Shown: in pieces, positions 14,838-27,267 of the stretch
Layout: the number at the start of each line of letters is the position of its first letter
How positions within the stretch are numbered: position 1 is the first letter of the stretch
NCBI GenBank assembly: GCA_030141605.1
Contig: JAQGDQ010000349.1
Span: forward strand, 122,375-186,374
Length of the DNA stretch: 64,000 nt
Source: Tubiluchus corallicola
Lineage: Eukaryota; Animalia; Priapulida
Direction of reading: 5' to 3'
Program-made: the position numbers and the translations under genes
Notes under the pieces: generated by a model
The model's database searches: none
Told to the model about the DNA's origin: nothing
What the model saw: only the letters and a program-made list of their open reading frames with translations

Positions 14838-15302
14838 AACTGAAGTAATTTTTGGAGGGAGCTTATTATATTATTAACACATAAACAGGATATCGCACTA
14901 AAAAAGGATACAAAGACGTGGAAAAAACACAGAAGCACAACAGTGAAGAACACAAGGGAGAAACACAGGAGTACAAAAATAAACCACCAGCAACAGTCAA
15001 AAAACAGAAAAGGACACAACAAAAACCATTCTTAAAGCATGAGAGAGCTCTGCTGAGACTTGTCTTCTTTAACATAAAAAAAACGTAATGCCCTTTATCG
15101 TCTCAAAGGTTATATTTTTTTATGTTAAAGAAACCATTCCGTTTCTCTCCCCCTTCTGTGCCTGTGGCTGGTGATTTTTTACTTCTGCGTTTCTCCAGTG
15201 TATTTTTATTTTTTATTATCTGTGTTTCTGTGTTTTTCTACGTGTTTCTATTCTTTTCGTATGTTAATAATATAAACAAAGAACTCCCCCAAACAACCAG
15301 TT
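14838..15302. mobile_element. Foldback/MITE-like long imperfect inverted repeat
   Basis: Arms of about 200-240 bp mirror each other around ~15095: ttctttaacataaaaa/tttttatgttaaagaa, caccagc/gctggtg, ggagaaac/gtttctcc, tatattattaaca/tgttaataatata. Confidence 0.8.
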
Positions 15303-15303
15303 C

Positions 15304-15621
15304 CATGGGCGCCGCTAGAGTTTAAAAAATTTGACTAACAAGCAGCTAGGGATCTGGGGTATTTTCCCATCAGACACAGCTAAACGGCAGAACGCCTCGG
15401 CCACACATGCATTTTGCTGCATTTTAGACTATTTTGCTGTTGCTAGAATCTATTTTCTCAGGCAAGTTCATTAGTTTAAAACTCATTATTGTCCAGAAAA
15501 AACAAGAGTTTATGTGTTTTTTGGTTTACTGTTAAAAAATTTATTTAGCCATAAATTTTTTTTTATTTAAGAAATTCTGTGGACGCACGTGCGTCAGTGT
15601 GTCCGTCTGCCGGCGCCCGTG
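15304..15621. mobile_element. hAT-type MITE with perfect 8-bp target-site duplication
   Basis: TIRs CATGGGCGCCG / CGGCGCCCGTG (10 of 11 match), flanked by accagttc at 15296-15303 and 15622-15629. Confidence 0.85.
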
Positions 15622-18600
15622 ACCAGTTCTGTGGTTTTAGTAATTCCTCGTGATTTTTTCTCTCTTGTTGTCACTTTTTGTTAGGCTGAAGAAAAACTAC
15701 AGTGGCAGTTTGAAGCTTTGTGTTCTTTCTTTCTTCTTTACTTATTTTTAATTGTGGGATTTTTCATTCATAATTAATTAATTACAGCTTACGGATTTCG
15801 CTGTTTAAATTTTATAAAGTTAGGAAGAACTTGAGCTAAAGATAAAAATAAAAAAAATATAAATGTGTAATCTTCAGTGCATTTCGTTTAGTCATACGCA
15901 GTAAAGAAAATACATTGTCATACTGAATACATACCCAATAAATAAACACACAACAACTGCAAGTGCACGATATATAAGAACACATTTCTATGTTTGTTGT
16001 TTATGTTTGTACTGTGTAAGGTATTCTGATAGTAATTGTTGTTATTGACACTTGTGGGTGCCCTGTAATGTGAATGATAATTGCATATTGTTATTTCCTG
16101 TTATTGACTGCCAGGATTTTGTCTATCGTGTTAACTGTTCATGCAGGTTATATTAGTGTTAAGGGTGTTGATGCTTACACACGTACTCGTTGTATTGTGT
16201 GACGTTCTTTTCTCTATTATTATTGATATTTTGCTATTACCATTGTATATGCGGGCTGTATTTGAGGGTTGCTCAAAATGTATATTTGTTGCTGTTCAGG
16301 TCAACTGTGTACGTTATATTGGTTAGTTGCATGGAAGCAGAAGAATGTATGTTGCAATATACCATTGTGTGATGAACCTATATACAATACTAACATTTGC
16401 ATTATCTTAAGTTACTAATTTATTAAAATTTAAATATTGTTTTTTAATTACTAACATGGTTATTATACAGTCGTATTAATTGTAAATTACATAGACCTCT
16501 TCACAAACCGTGAGTTATTCAACTTCTAAACAAGGGTGTACATTAAATCATATTCTTAAATCTTAATCTTAATCTAACTCTTAATCTTAATCTTACGTGA
16601 TGCTACTTGTATAGGCCGTGAGCGGGTGTCTGCTTCGAATCATAAACAACTAACTAATGCATTACAAAGTGAATGGTACAAACGTAGTTAGAGTTTCCTC
16701 GGGCTTAGTTCATTTACGTAATAAGATACTCAAACGTATAATGATGACAATTACATCCGTGCATCAAAACAGCCCACAATGCATCAGCGTAATTATGAGG
16801 CCGTGTGAAATAATAAAGAAACGGAGCTGTGTGAACTACGTTGCTCACTTCACCTGTGTCCATCATTCACAGCATTGGCCAGAGAGCAATAGCGCCTGTC
16901 TTCATAATTACCTGGTTTCCACGAGTGGCATTATTCATCGTCTAAACGCACAATAGGAGCGTTTGAATAATAGCTCAAGTGCCAAGACATAATCCCCATA
17001 GAGGGAAACTATTACAAAAGTAAATTATTACATATTGGTATTGCGAAATAATTAATTCCCAAATGACTAGACTACCTAAGTCTATGATAAATGATGAAAA
17101 CTGCAATGGCAAATTTCATTATAGTAATTATAATACCTTACATTGTCAAAGCAAAATCGGACCCATTCTTAAACTGTAGGTCAAAACAATCTTCTCTTTA
17201 AAATATTGAAAGGAAACGTACTATTTTTTTTTCAAAAATGACTTACGTGAAAGAATTATATTACCACACAAACACAATTTCACGTTCGCGCCTCTAGTTC
17301 TTCGCTGTTACATGCATTTCGCCATTCGCTAGTTAGATGGCACTAGCGTCTGCCTTTCGGAAACGCATTGCACAAGAAACAGGATCTTTGCCGCTTAATT
17401 CAGATGTATTAGTTTGTGACGGACTACACACGTTTTACAGCTCATGCGTGAGTACAGCTTTAAATTTGAAATTTGAATTTTTATCTTAAAACTTGCCTAG
17501 CCTTAGTACAACACGCAGAATATCTTACAGTAGCACTGTACTTCAATTTTCTCTTTTGCAAATGCGTGCAACACGGTCGTAGAATATTTTTGCTATTAAA
17601 AATTATGTTCATTTGTGGTGTCATCAATAGTTTGGCTCGACCGCCGTTAATTAAGTTTTTGTCTATTATTTAACTATCAGAAATGTTTTTGCAGTATTAT
17701 TGGTGTTAAAATGTACACTCTTTATCAGACTTGAAAATGGTATAGTTAGTATATGTAGAATCATCCTGTCTTCCTTTAAGATCATTGGACTATAATGTGC
17801 TTAAGGATTAAGCAAATGTTCACAGAACCGTTTTGAAAAAACGACAAACAAAAGTGGTGATAGAATATTGCGGGTAAGTTTACTCGACAATGCTATGTTT
17901 ACTTCTCTTTGCTATGTTATTCTTTTATCCAAAAATGTTTTGCTTCTGTATATGTATATATAGCTCAGTCATGTTTTAGTAAAATGGAAATACTCTGTAA
18001 CTCAACTACTACTAATACTCTGTAACACAGCTACTCTGCAATACTCAACCTGATAAGTGCTTCCTCGTGTAACTCTGTTAACGCAAGATATTCTGGGTGG
18101 CTTCACCTGCGTATCGGCCATAAAGATAAACATACATTGTTAAAGACTACTACTTCATGATGCAAAAAGTAAAAAAAAATCATGTTTGAGTGGCTTTATT
18201 ACGTTTTATCTGTAAGAAAAATCATAACAAAATATAACAAACTAATTTGAGCAAAAAAGAAACAAAGAAATTAATAATAAAGTGAGACTGAATAATCAAA
18301 ATAAACTTACAGCATGCCTCTACTACTCTTGACAAATAAATGGTTTACCTGCGACAAACAACAACAACCTTCTTAGCCAAGAACAGACTGCCAACAGACC
18401 AGGTAAACTAGCTCTGTCAGTAGAGCAATGTCAAAAAGAAACAAGACAAGACATACATACGAATGCAGTTTAAAAAGACAGTATAGGGCTTTACAGAATG
18501 AGCGAAGACTAAAGTAATAAAATAACGTAAAATCCTTCACACACATTATCTAAAAAAATAAATTCTTCGAATGCCTAGTGGTCACGCTCCAGGCCATGAT

Positions 18601-20000
18601 GATCAAGACGATATAAAAATTCTGCTGCAATGACGGTAATAGTAGTTATCAGATTACAGTTGCCATGGTACCCAAATTGTGATGAAAATTTAGTACGCAT
18701 TGTTTCCCTCACAATGAGTAAATGGCAAAGTTCTGTATTTACATGAACGAGAATGGAGAAAAGAACAAAAATGACAACACTGTGGAATGAACGGCTGTAT
18801 GGGATTATTCGCAAGCCTAAAAACGAAGAAACGCAAAAAGAAAGTATTTAATTATAACTTTTGCTTTACAATCTATTGTTGTGCTGAAATGCTCTGTGCC
18901 TTTTTAAATGCTTATCACACATGTGACAGACGTTTCTATTTGTGTACAAAAAACAGATGTAGTGCACATGATACTAGATACCTAATACGGTGGGTAATTT
19001 CTTGTTAGCTAATTAGCAATTTAGCATGGCAATGCAAACGTCAGATTATTACAAAATTTAATCATGATATCGTAGCTCATATGCAATCCCGTAAATCCTC
19101 AAATACTACAAAATAAAATTTTCATTATTTTATGTCAAGCAGGAAATGTTTATTCAGCAAAAAGAGGAATGAGAAATCTCTTTGACGAGCGTTGAGATGG
19201 CAGACTCTGTTAAAGCATATCAGTGATTTTCACTCAGAACACCTCTAAATGTCACAAAGGTCAAAACGCGTAGTATTGAGTGGTGCTTTTGATTCTTGAA
19301 CATAAATACGCGAAACACTGTATATTTCCCATCAAAGTCCAACGGTGCAAATTCAAACGCCAAAATGTGAACACGATATAGAATTGTCCTAGGACCTAGA
19401 ATGTTTAGTTAACATTTTTTGCCGCTTGATATTACACAAGAAGTACCAAAAAAGCCACCAAAAACTGATTATTACTACCGTGTTTTGACAAAAAAGATAA
19501 TTTAGTGACGTTTGCTTTTAAATAGAACTACTTTGCTTAAAGCAACACCACATCTGCAGGACAATTGAACTTGTCAAATCTGTATAGTCTATAATAATTG
19601 ATATGTTACTATTGTTAATCATTCTAGTGAACGTATCAGTGTGGCAAAGCCTTATATAGGCACTAATTTCGGAGAAAGTATGTGCGTCCTTGAGTTATGT
19701 CTGATTTGCATACTTAGGAAAGTAAGATTTCTGCAAATATAAGATCTCAGTGAAAATATGACGGTCTTTCAAGAAGCATGTTCTCATGTTCTAACCGCTG
19801 TCCTTCAAAAAACCTTTCTTAACGTAGATTTTTGTGGCGGAACCATTTTGCGTGCAGCCTACATCATTTTATAAGTTATTCTTAACAAGGTACAAGGGTG
19901 ATTGTAAGGACTTACTGCTCATAACAGTTTCCTAGGCAATTCAAAGTAAACAAAACAAAAATCAGAACTAAACGGAAAAATCCAAGATTATCACGCCGTA

Positions 20001-20023
20001 TCATCATCATAATCACCACTATT

Positions 20024-20054
<31 letters not shown>

Positions 20055-20073
20055 CCAGCATCATCATCACCAC
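20001..20073. repeat. (CAT/CAC)n imperfect microsatellite
   Basis: Directly visible. Confidence 0.9.
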
Positions 20074-20792
20074 AGCTGATAAATGACTGACACATTATAC
20101 AAGGCTCTAAACGAATTACAGAAATTATTTAGTAAGTGTCACTATTTTGCTGAATAAAGTTAAGGTCTCTGATTAGGATTATATTGACATAGATAGTCCT
20201 TCGATGTCTGCCTTGAGAAGATTTCGTGTACAGTTTGCATCATACAGAATAATATAAACGCTTGCTACCCTATATTGTGGCTAGTATGCTCGCCCATTAG
20301 ACAATTACATTCAACATTTGCTGAAAAACATTTTTCAGAATTCAATTTATTTTCTATGTTTCCCTGAATGCAGACATCTATGAACATGGGAATAGCGGAA
20401 TATAATGAACGTTCTATACAGTTCAATTATCAGAATATCCAATTACTTTTTATTTATAATCGTAAATGGCAACCTTGGAAGATTGATTAATTAATATTAT
20501 AAGATATTGAGCAGTGGTATCAAATGTCATAAACAAAATGTTAAATTTACACTAGTTTGGAAAATTCATGTGCAAACATGAACAACATTCGACAATTTTT
20601 ATCAGAGTTACTTGAAGTTTTGGAGAGTTTCTTCGAAGACTGTAAACCAAAACAAAAATGATTAGCTATAAAATCAAAAATAATTACAGATTTACTGACT
20701 CACTAACTTACACAACTTAATAACTGCTGCATTTAGAAATATTAAAGAATTTAAAAGCATCATAAACTAACAATGAAGCAATAAGAGGTAAT

Positions 20793-20939
20793 GGCGTTTT
20801 CAGTCGTAGAGACTTCTCTCGTACTTGTTGCGCAACTTCTCTAGGAGAGAAATTGCCAAAACGTTCACACATTATAACTTTACACTTAGAGAGAAGTTGG
20901 GCAACAAGTCACCAGAGAAATCTGTACGTCTGAACGCGC
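20793..20939. mobile_element. Short hairpin MITE with ~50-bp terminal inverted repeats
   Basis: Left arm ttcagtcgtagagacttctctcgtacttgttgcgcaacttctct pairs with right arm agagaagttgggcaacaagtcaccagagaaatctgtacgtctgaa. Confidence 0.8.
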
Positions 20940-21444
20940 TATAAGATTATTATATTTTTTCGAATTATTTTGCTCTTTACAAAAATTAGGTTGCATTAGA
21001 TTGCTTGGTTATAATATATTTTAGAATGTTTTAGCGTGATAAGTAAATTGACATTTAACATTTTTATTTGACATGCAATCCTCAATAAAGTAATTGTCAG
21101 AGAAACAGCTCCATACGTCAAAAGCGTTTGTCGATAATTCAGCATAATTTTATATTTACTTCTACTTAAACATTTTAAAATACCTTGCGCAAACATCAGA
21201 AAAAGTGTAAAAGGAATCCCAACGTTGTAAACACAGTGCATAAGCTAGTCTATACAATGCCCATACGCAAGTAGTGCCACGAGCAGAAATTCTGGCAGAG
21301 TCCACCAATCAGCTGACAGTTTGGAAAAGTAACAACTGCAGCTGTGATACTGTCATGCAGTACCGACTTGAAGATGTTGGTACATTTGATGTATCAATCC
21401 ATGTAGGCATCAGTGAGACCTTAATGGAAGTTTGTCTATCAGAG

Positions 21445-22590
21445 CTACATATGGGCAGTAACAAATGTATTTGTTGCTGCATTTGGCGCAGGCTTTATCG
21501 AGATCCTAACTGGGTTATTGGAATAACGTGTATCCGAGACATCGAAGGGCTGCACGCTGTTCTTCCAAAAGAAATGGAACGTCTCCCGAAAACTTTTTCG
21601 AAAATCTGAACTTGTCATGCTGTATGCGTAGAAATTTAGAGCATAGTTCATGGTTGCTGAAACGTTGGCTACATGTCTGAGAATGGCAAAACCGAATGAA
21701 TTGGACACATCTGTAATCATGACTACAATGACCATAACTAAATTTGGGACGGTGAAGACAACGAAAGTGACAGAGATGGTAACTAGAAGAATCAGCAACT
21801 TCATTTCCTCTTTTGCGGCCTTCTTCTGTGATACTGTGATGTTCTGAAGATGACGACGCTTGAGAATGATTTTACGATGCGACAAAAGAACTAGAGGATT
21901 GAGGACAATCACTACAAGAACAGGAAGTAAGCCACCAATTATTACAGTTGTCCAAACCCAAATACTGTATGCCACGTGATTACGCATCGGGTAGTTCCAT
22001 CTCCAGAAATACTTTACACTACCATCCTCTTCAGTGGAAACAGTCACTTGTTTAATGAAGAAATCTGGTATTTCAAGAATGAAACAAAATGTCATAATTC
22101 CTGCAATAATTTTCCTGATAGACTTTGAACTTCTGAGACCCTCTGTCTTTGATGGAAATTTGATGGCCACGAAGCGGTCAATGGTGATACCCATTACAAA
22201 AAAGTTACTGGCACTTCTTGCAGTACGGATGAGGACTGATAAGAAATGAGCACGATACCTGGCAAGGTGAATCGTCCATGGTATTAAGCCCTCATAAATT
22301 AGAGCAAAATGGTACCAGAAGATGACAGTCAAAAAATCGCAAATGGCCATCCACCTGAGGTACATATATGTTGGACTTTTGAGTCTCCGGCTTTTCCACA
22401 GCACAACAATGTTGAGGAAATTACCCACAGTACCCAGCGAGAAAACAATGGGAAAAGCAATCCTGTAACAATAATACGCCACCAAAGCAACGATGGCTTC
22501 TTGATGGTCAACATACAAAGATTTAGTGTCATTCAGAACTGTAGTAAAATTTTCTGGAATCACCGAATTGAGGTCTTTCACGATTTTCAT
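21445..22590 (-). CDS. Class A (rhodopsin-like) GPCR, FMRFamide/sex-peptide-receptor-like orphan clade, copy 1; single coding exon, 381 aa
   Basis: Seven hydrophobic segments; TM1 GN, TM2 MAICD, TM3 DRF(VAIKFP), TM5 LP...LN, TM6 FVVFTVP, TM7 NYALNFYAY, helix 8 SSDFRKSF; N-terminal sequons NFT and NDT. Confidence 0.95.
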   Translation of the reverse strand: MKIVKDLNSVIPENFTTVLNDTKSLYVDHQEAIVALVAYYCYRIAFPIVFSLGTVGNFLNIVVLWKSRRLKSPTYMYLRWMAICDFLTVIFWYHFALIYEGLIPWTIHLARYRAHFLSVLIRTARSASNFFVMGITIDRFVAIKFPSKTEGLRSSKSIRKIIAGIMTFCFILEIPDFFIKQVTVSTEEDGSVKYFWRWNYPMRNHVAYSIWVWTTVIIGGLLPVLVVIVLNPLVLLSHRKIILKRRHLQNITVSQKKAAKEEMKLLILLVTISVTFVVFTVPNLVMVIVVMITDVSNSFGFAILRHVANVSATMNYALNFYAYSMTSSDFRKSFRETFHFFWKNSVQPFDVSDTRYSNNPVRISIKPAPNAATNTFVTAHM

Positions 22591-23100
22591 GTTGTTTAAT
22601 ACTAAGATGGCCTAATGAAGTAGGCCCCAAAGTAATGTGGTCATTTCTAATGGTGAAAGAATAACAACCAATGTTAAACAAAGCACTTTTTCACTAACCA
22701 GTAATTAGAAGATCTCATTTCAGTGCTAGCGAACTGCACAAGTTTTCTTCACTGAAACTTGTAGTCTACGCAAACAAAATGGTGGGTTTGTCTGTCGGTA
22801 CCAAAACGTGCTATCAGGTTGTTACTGAATCAAGTCTTCACTCTTTTTAGTTTACAACACATTCTTCAGATTCAATATTTTATCAGTCTGCAGCTCATAC
22901 TCTACATACAACGTTGTATCAGTCTGCGTTGGTTCAACCCACAGTATATGCAGTATTCACGCATGCGCGCATTATGTTGTTTCCTGATTCTCAGACGTCG
23001 TTCTGACATTGTAATATAAAAAAATATTTTTTATACAGATTACACCAAATAAGGTCAGTGACAATGCTAGATAAGTGGCTACAGTTAGAAAGTAAAAATA

Positions 23101-23108
23101 TAAGTAAA

Positions 23109-23194
<86 letters not shown>

Positions 23195-23235
23195 TGTAAG
23201 TAGGTAGGTAGGTAGGTAGGTAGGTAGGTAGGTAG

Positions 23236-23296
<61 letters not shown>

Positions 23297-23310
23297 CAAG
23301 CAAGCAAGCA
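23101..23310. repeat. (AAGT)n/(AGGT)n/(AAGC)n tetranucleotide microsatellite
   Basis: Directly visible; gives the LTYL-repeat ORFs. Confidence 0.97.
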
Positions 23311-23996
23311 AAGAGCGTTTTCAAACACAAGGTTCATAAAAATATGAATAAAAGTTCAGAAAAGTGAATAGCTATTTCGCTAATCATTAGTAGTATCTAT
23401 ATATTGATTTTAATCTTGAAACAAGCGAATCCATGGTTATCAGGGAAACGGTTTTCTGTTAAATAATACCGTACAGAAGATTTGCATGCACCTGTTTTGA
23501 AGCTAAAACTGTCCAAGACAAAAAAGGAGAAACAGCGCTAAAGGTAAGCACTCCAAACAATAGTGATAAAAGCGCCATAAGAATTTTTTGTTAACGAACA
23601 CAGAACTAGATAGCAATAGCGGTTGTGGGTGGTACAGGTTTTGTGAAAATTGCTAAAAAAATATTTTGTTCCTTGCTGGCAAAGCCTTCTGATTTCCTGA
23701 TTCTGTTTAACTACAGTCTTTTCACTTTCTGACCCATCTTCCTCTATCTAAGCCAAATATTTGTAGCTTTTGTTTATGAAACAATTAACACATTATGACA
23801 TTTCAATGACTTCCCCGCGGCTCCCTAAAGGTCTCTATATGAAATGAATTGCTTATTCAGTGGTGTAAATCAACATACGTGTATGACATCGTTTAATCAT
23901 CAGTCACACCATAATATATACCTCTCTTTTCTAAATTTCAACCACGTGAACAATTTGCGTGCACAGAACAATAAACGGTTATTGTTCTCTTGTGGC

Positions 23997-24300
23997 AAGC
24001 CGAATAGCTAAGTGGTGTTGTGTAGCAGTGGTTGGTCAAATAGTGTATCACTTAGAAGCAGCCTGGGTTCGGTACTCGCTCTAGGTTTAGTTAGCCATGA
24101 ATTTCTCGGTCCTTGTGAAAAGATTTAGAGGATGTATACACACCTCACATCGCCTGGAGGTGGCCAAAGAACCTCTACTAGATCATCATCTCACGTTAAA
24201 GAGTTATTTTTCATAATAAGCTAGGTCTTGCCACATACACCAATATGAATCAGTGTCCTGGATGTCGGCCTGCAGTGTGCCAAATGTACAAAGTAGTATA
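23997..24300 (+). mobile_element. tRNA-derived SINE (degenerate)
   Basis: A box TAGCTAAGTGG (24005-24015) and B-box-like GGTTCGGTAC (24066-24075); no complete cloverleaf; 3' boundary approximate. Confidence 0.55.
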
Positions 24301-25151
24301 CAATTGTGTAATTAGTGTATCTGCCTGTTCATGTATGTATATACCAGTAATTCACGTTACTGTGAACATACAGAAAAACGAACCGATAACGAACCTGAGC
24401 AACGAGAGTTTAATGCGATAAGTATTTGTAAAACTTGTATTTGTATTTGTAAAATCTACAACTAGTGATACAATAAAATATAGTACAGTAAACATTGTTT
24501 TTCCTTGGATGCATAAAACATCATAAAACATAGTCGTTTGCATTAAAGCCAAGTGAATATTTTAGCAGAAAATAACAATTTATTGATTCTTTTAGCTCAT
24601 ATAAACAAACACGAAAATTGACAGTTAACTTTGTACTAAAATAATAAAAACTATCTGGGCAGATAAAATAATAAGGATGCATAAATCTCTTACTCTATAT
24701 CTCTTACGAACGCTGTTACTAATATTCAGTGCAAAAAACTAAAATACATACAAAAGATAGTGAAGTCACACAAGGATTTCAAAGCAGTTTAAAATTCATC
24801 TTGCTAATTACAATTGGTCTTGCATTTTAGATTAAAAAGTGTCTGAGCATCATGAAGTAAAAGTCTTAAAATGCTATTAAAGTTCCTACAAGATTTAGAA
24901 ATTTCAATAATCCTAAAAGACAATCTAGAAATTTTTCTTAGTGCAGATTATTAGTGATGAAGGAGTAGTATCAAATTTATTTAATAAAAATGATTAAATT
25001 TATAACAATTCACGGAAAATCAAAGTGTGAATTAAAGTCATTAGTCAACAAGCTTCATAACGATTTTGTGAGTTTCGAGGGTCTAAAAGACCATAAAATA
25101 AACAGAAATGTACAAAAACAGCTAGATGCAGATTGTTGGTGGAATTGGGAC

Positions 25152-25703
25152 GGGACCATCTACATGTAACGATATCAAGTTTTCGGCCGATTTCGAGGAC
25201 CAACCTATCTTGCATTGTAATGGCGTAATCATATGCTCCATCACCTATGTACCCCTTATATTGATTTCATATCGATATCACACAGAATGTAGCTTTTGTA
25301 CATAATAATGTCTTTTTCAATAATTAAATATATTTAATTTTATTCATGTCATTCTGTTCATTTTGTCTCCCGCTTCATGTCACATTTTCTTGTGAAATGA
25401 ACCCAAAATTGTTTGAGGTTTTTGTCTTTCCAACAGACAAGCAGTCGTGTAGCACCTTATATCAATCACAATCAATCGTATATCAATCAAACATAGCAAG
25501 CATATAATTTATATATTACAAGAAGAAATTGCTGCAGGAGTGTGAACTGTAGCGTCCTGCTGGCTCATTTGTGAAAAAAAACGTGAAGTCAGATAACGAT
25601 GTAATGACTAAATCACCTACCTACCTTGCTGTTATAATGGTGCTATGACGTCTCCCGCAACCTACCTACCCTAAACTTGAGATCGTTAAATGTGAATGGC
25701 CCC
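25152..25703. mobile_element. MITE with 31-bp TIRs and 3-bp TSD (PIF/Harbinger-like)
   Basis: Left gggaccatctacatgtaacgatatcaagttt versus right reverse complement ggggccattcacatttaacgatctcaagttt (26 of 31); gac flanks both ends. Confidence 0.75.
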
Positions 25704-26309
25704 GACATTATTTCAGCATTTGTATGCTTCCAACTCGAAGACAGTTTTCGAACAGAAGTCAGAGTTGATAGCCAAAATCTTCATAAAATAATTATCCAGT
25801 GCGACGAGAAAAAAGAATTTAAAGTAACAATAATAATTAACGACTATTTTCATTTCTCGGAATATTTTTTACGCCTAATGTCTATTGTTTTGCCTCATTG
25901 GGTAGCTTGCTTATAATTAACCTCATTCCTTTAAGGTCTCTTTACTATGCCAACTAAATGTCATTTTTAATCTCATAATAAGTCATTTTAACACTATTAT
26001 TCCAGTATCTGTTTCCCAGTTAAGTGCTTATTAGGTATGACAGCAATTCAACACGAGTTCTTATCTGATTCCTTTTAAGAAATTTTTAAGACTGTAAGAA
26101 AAGCATAAAACACATACAACTGCAATTATTTACACAATGGAGTTTAGTCTTCGGTGTCCGCAGGAGAAGTGTAGTAAATATTTGGGCTAGGTCTAGCCCA
26201 GCATTTACAAATAGCATTAGGCCTCAATTTGCTTTTCATGTGGACATGGACAGCATTTGGTACGGACTCGGCCATAGTACAGCGTATGTATTGTTCATTG
26301 AATCACAGA

Positions 26310-26380
26310 TTCTTTAGAATCATAGACGTATTAGAATCTTTAGAATCATAGAATCATTAGAATCTTTAGAATCATAGAAT
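26310..26380. repeat. Short minisatellite with a tctttagaatcataga core, three copies
   Basis: Directly visible. Confidence 0.8.
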
Positions 26381-27267
26381 TATTTGTCTTTTCGCTATCC
26401 TTTCTCTAGTTCTAGATCTATCTATTCATTTTAGCCATTCTTCAAAACTTATTAGCGATTCTCTTACTAATCATGTTTTACTGTAGTATTATAAAAAGAT
26501 AAATAAAAAATATAATTGAATTGGAAAAATTGAAATAGAATAGCGATATGGAAAGTTTTCATATTACAGAAGAAAAAGAACATCATACTTAAATATACTA
26601 TACGAAATAGAAATCACATCTACATGTCTAATGGCTGATGTATATATTTATAAACGCATATAACAGAATGATGTACATCAATATAATTCTTTTAATATTA
26701 TACTTATATATCTAAAATTATAGTACCAAAGTTTATCTCTGAGTAAACTCAGTCAGATCTGCATTCGAAAATTTTCTGGACCAATTTAGCTGTAATTTTT
26801 GTAACTTCTACATCTTGTAACGACTTGCGAAAATAATAAAAATATTATTCTCTTTGAAATTACATGAGTGTACAGTGGGCATTCAGTAATTACATGCAGT
26901 TCATCCGCTAGTTTAGTCGAAAAAAATTTTGCATACACGTTGTTCTATAGGTATTTTTTTCGGTATGTGATGTCTACCGACGTCAATTGCTAATCGATCC
27001 ACCAATCACTTATCGAAAAAGCGTTCAAAACAATGCAGAAGCAGAACAAATTAATGCCTTTTGACTTTTGGAATTTGAGTATAAAATGCTAAGGATCAAG
27101 TCCTTGTACTGCAGATTCGGTTGCTGTTTTGAAATATGCACACAAATCAAACTTGGTAGAGATTCGAACTGTCAAAATGTGAATCTGGTAAAAGTTGATA
27201 AGTTATATATATATATATATATATGTGCCAACTAATCTGACACTAGAAATTCCGACGCTGTAAGCAA

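Noticed and set aside
23997-24090. tRNA gene (also 42665-42786 and 51640-51715)
   Set aside because: A/B boxes are present, but no cloverleaf or acceptor stem could be folded; better explained as SINE heads.
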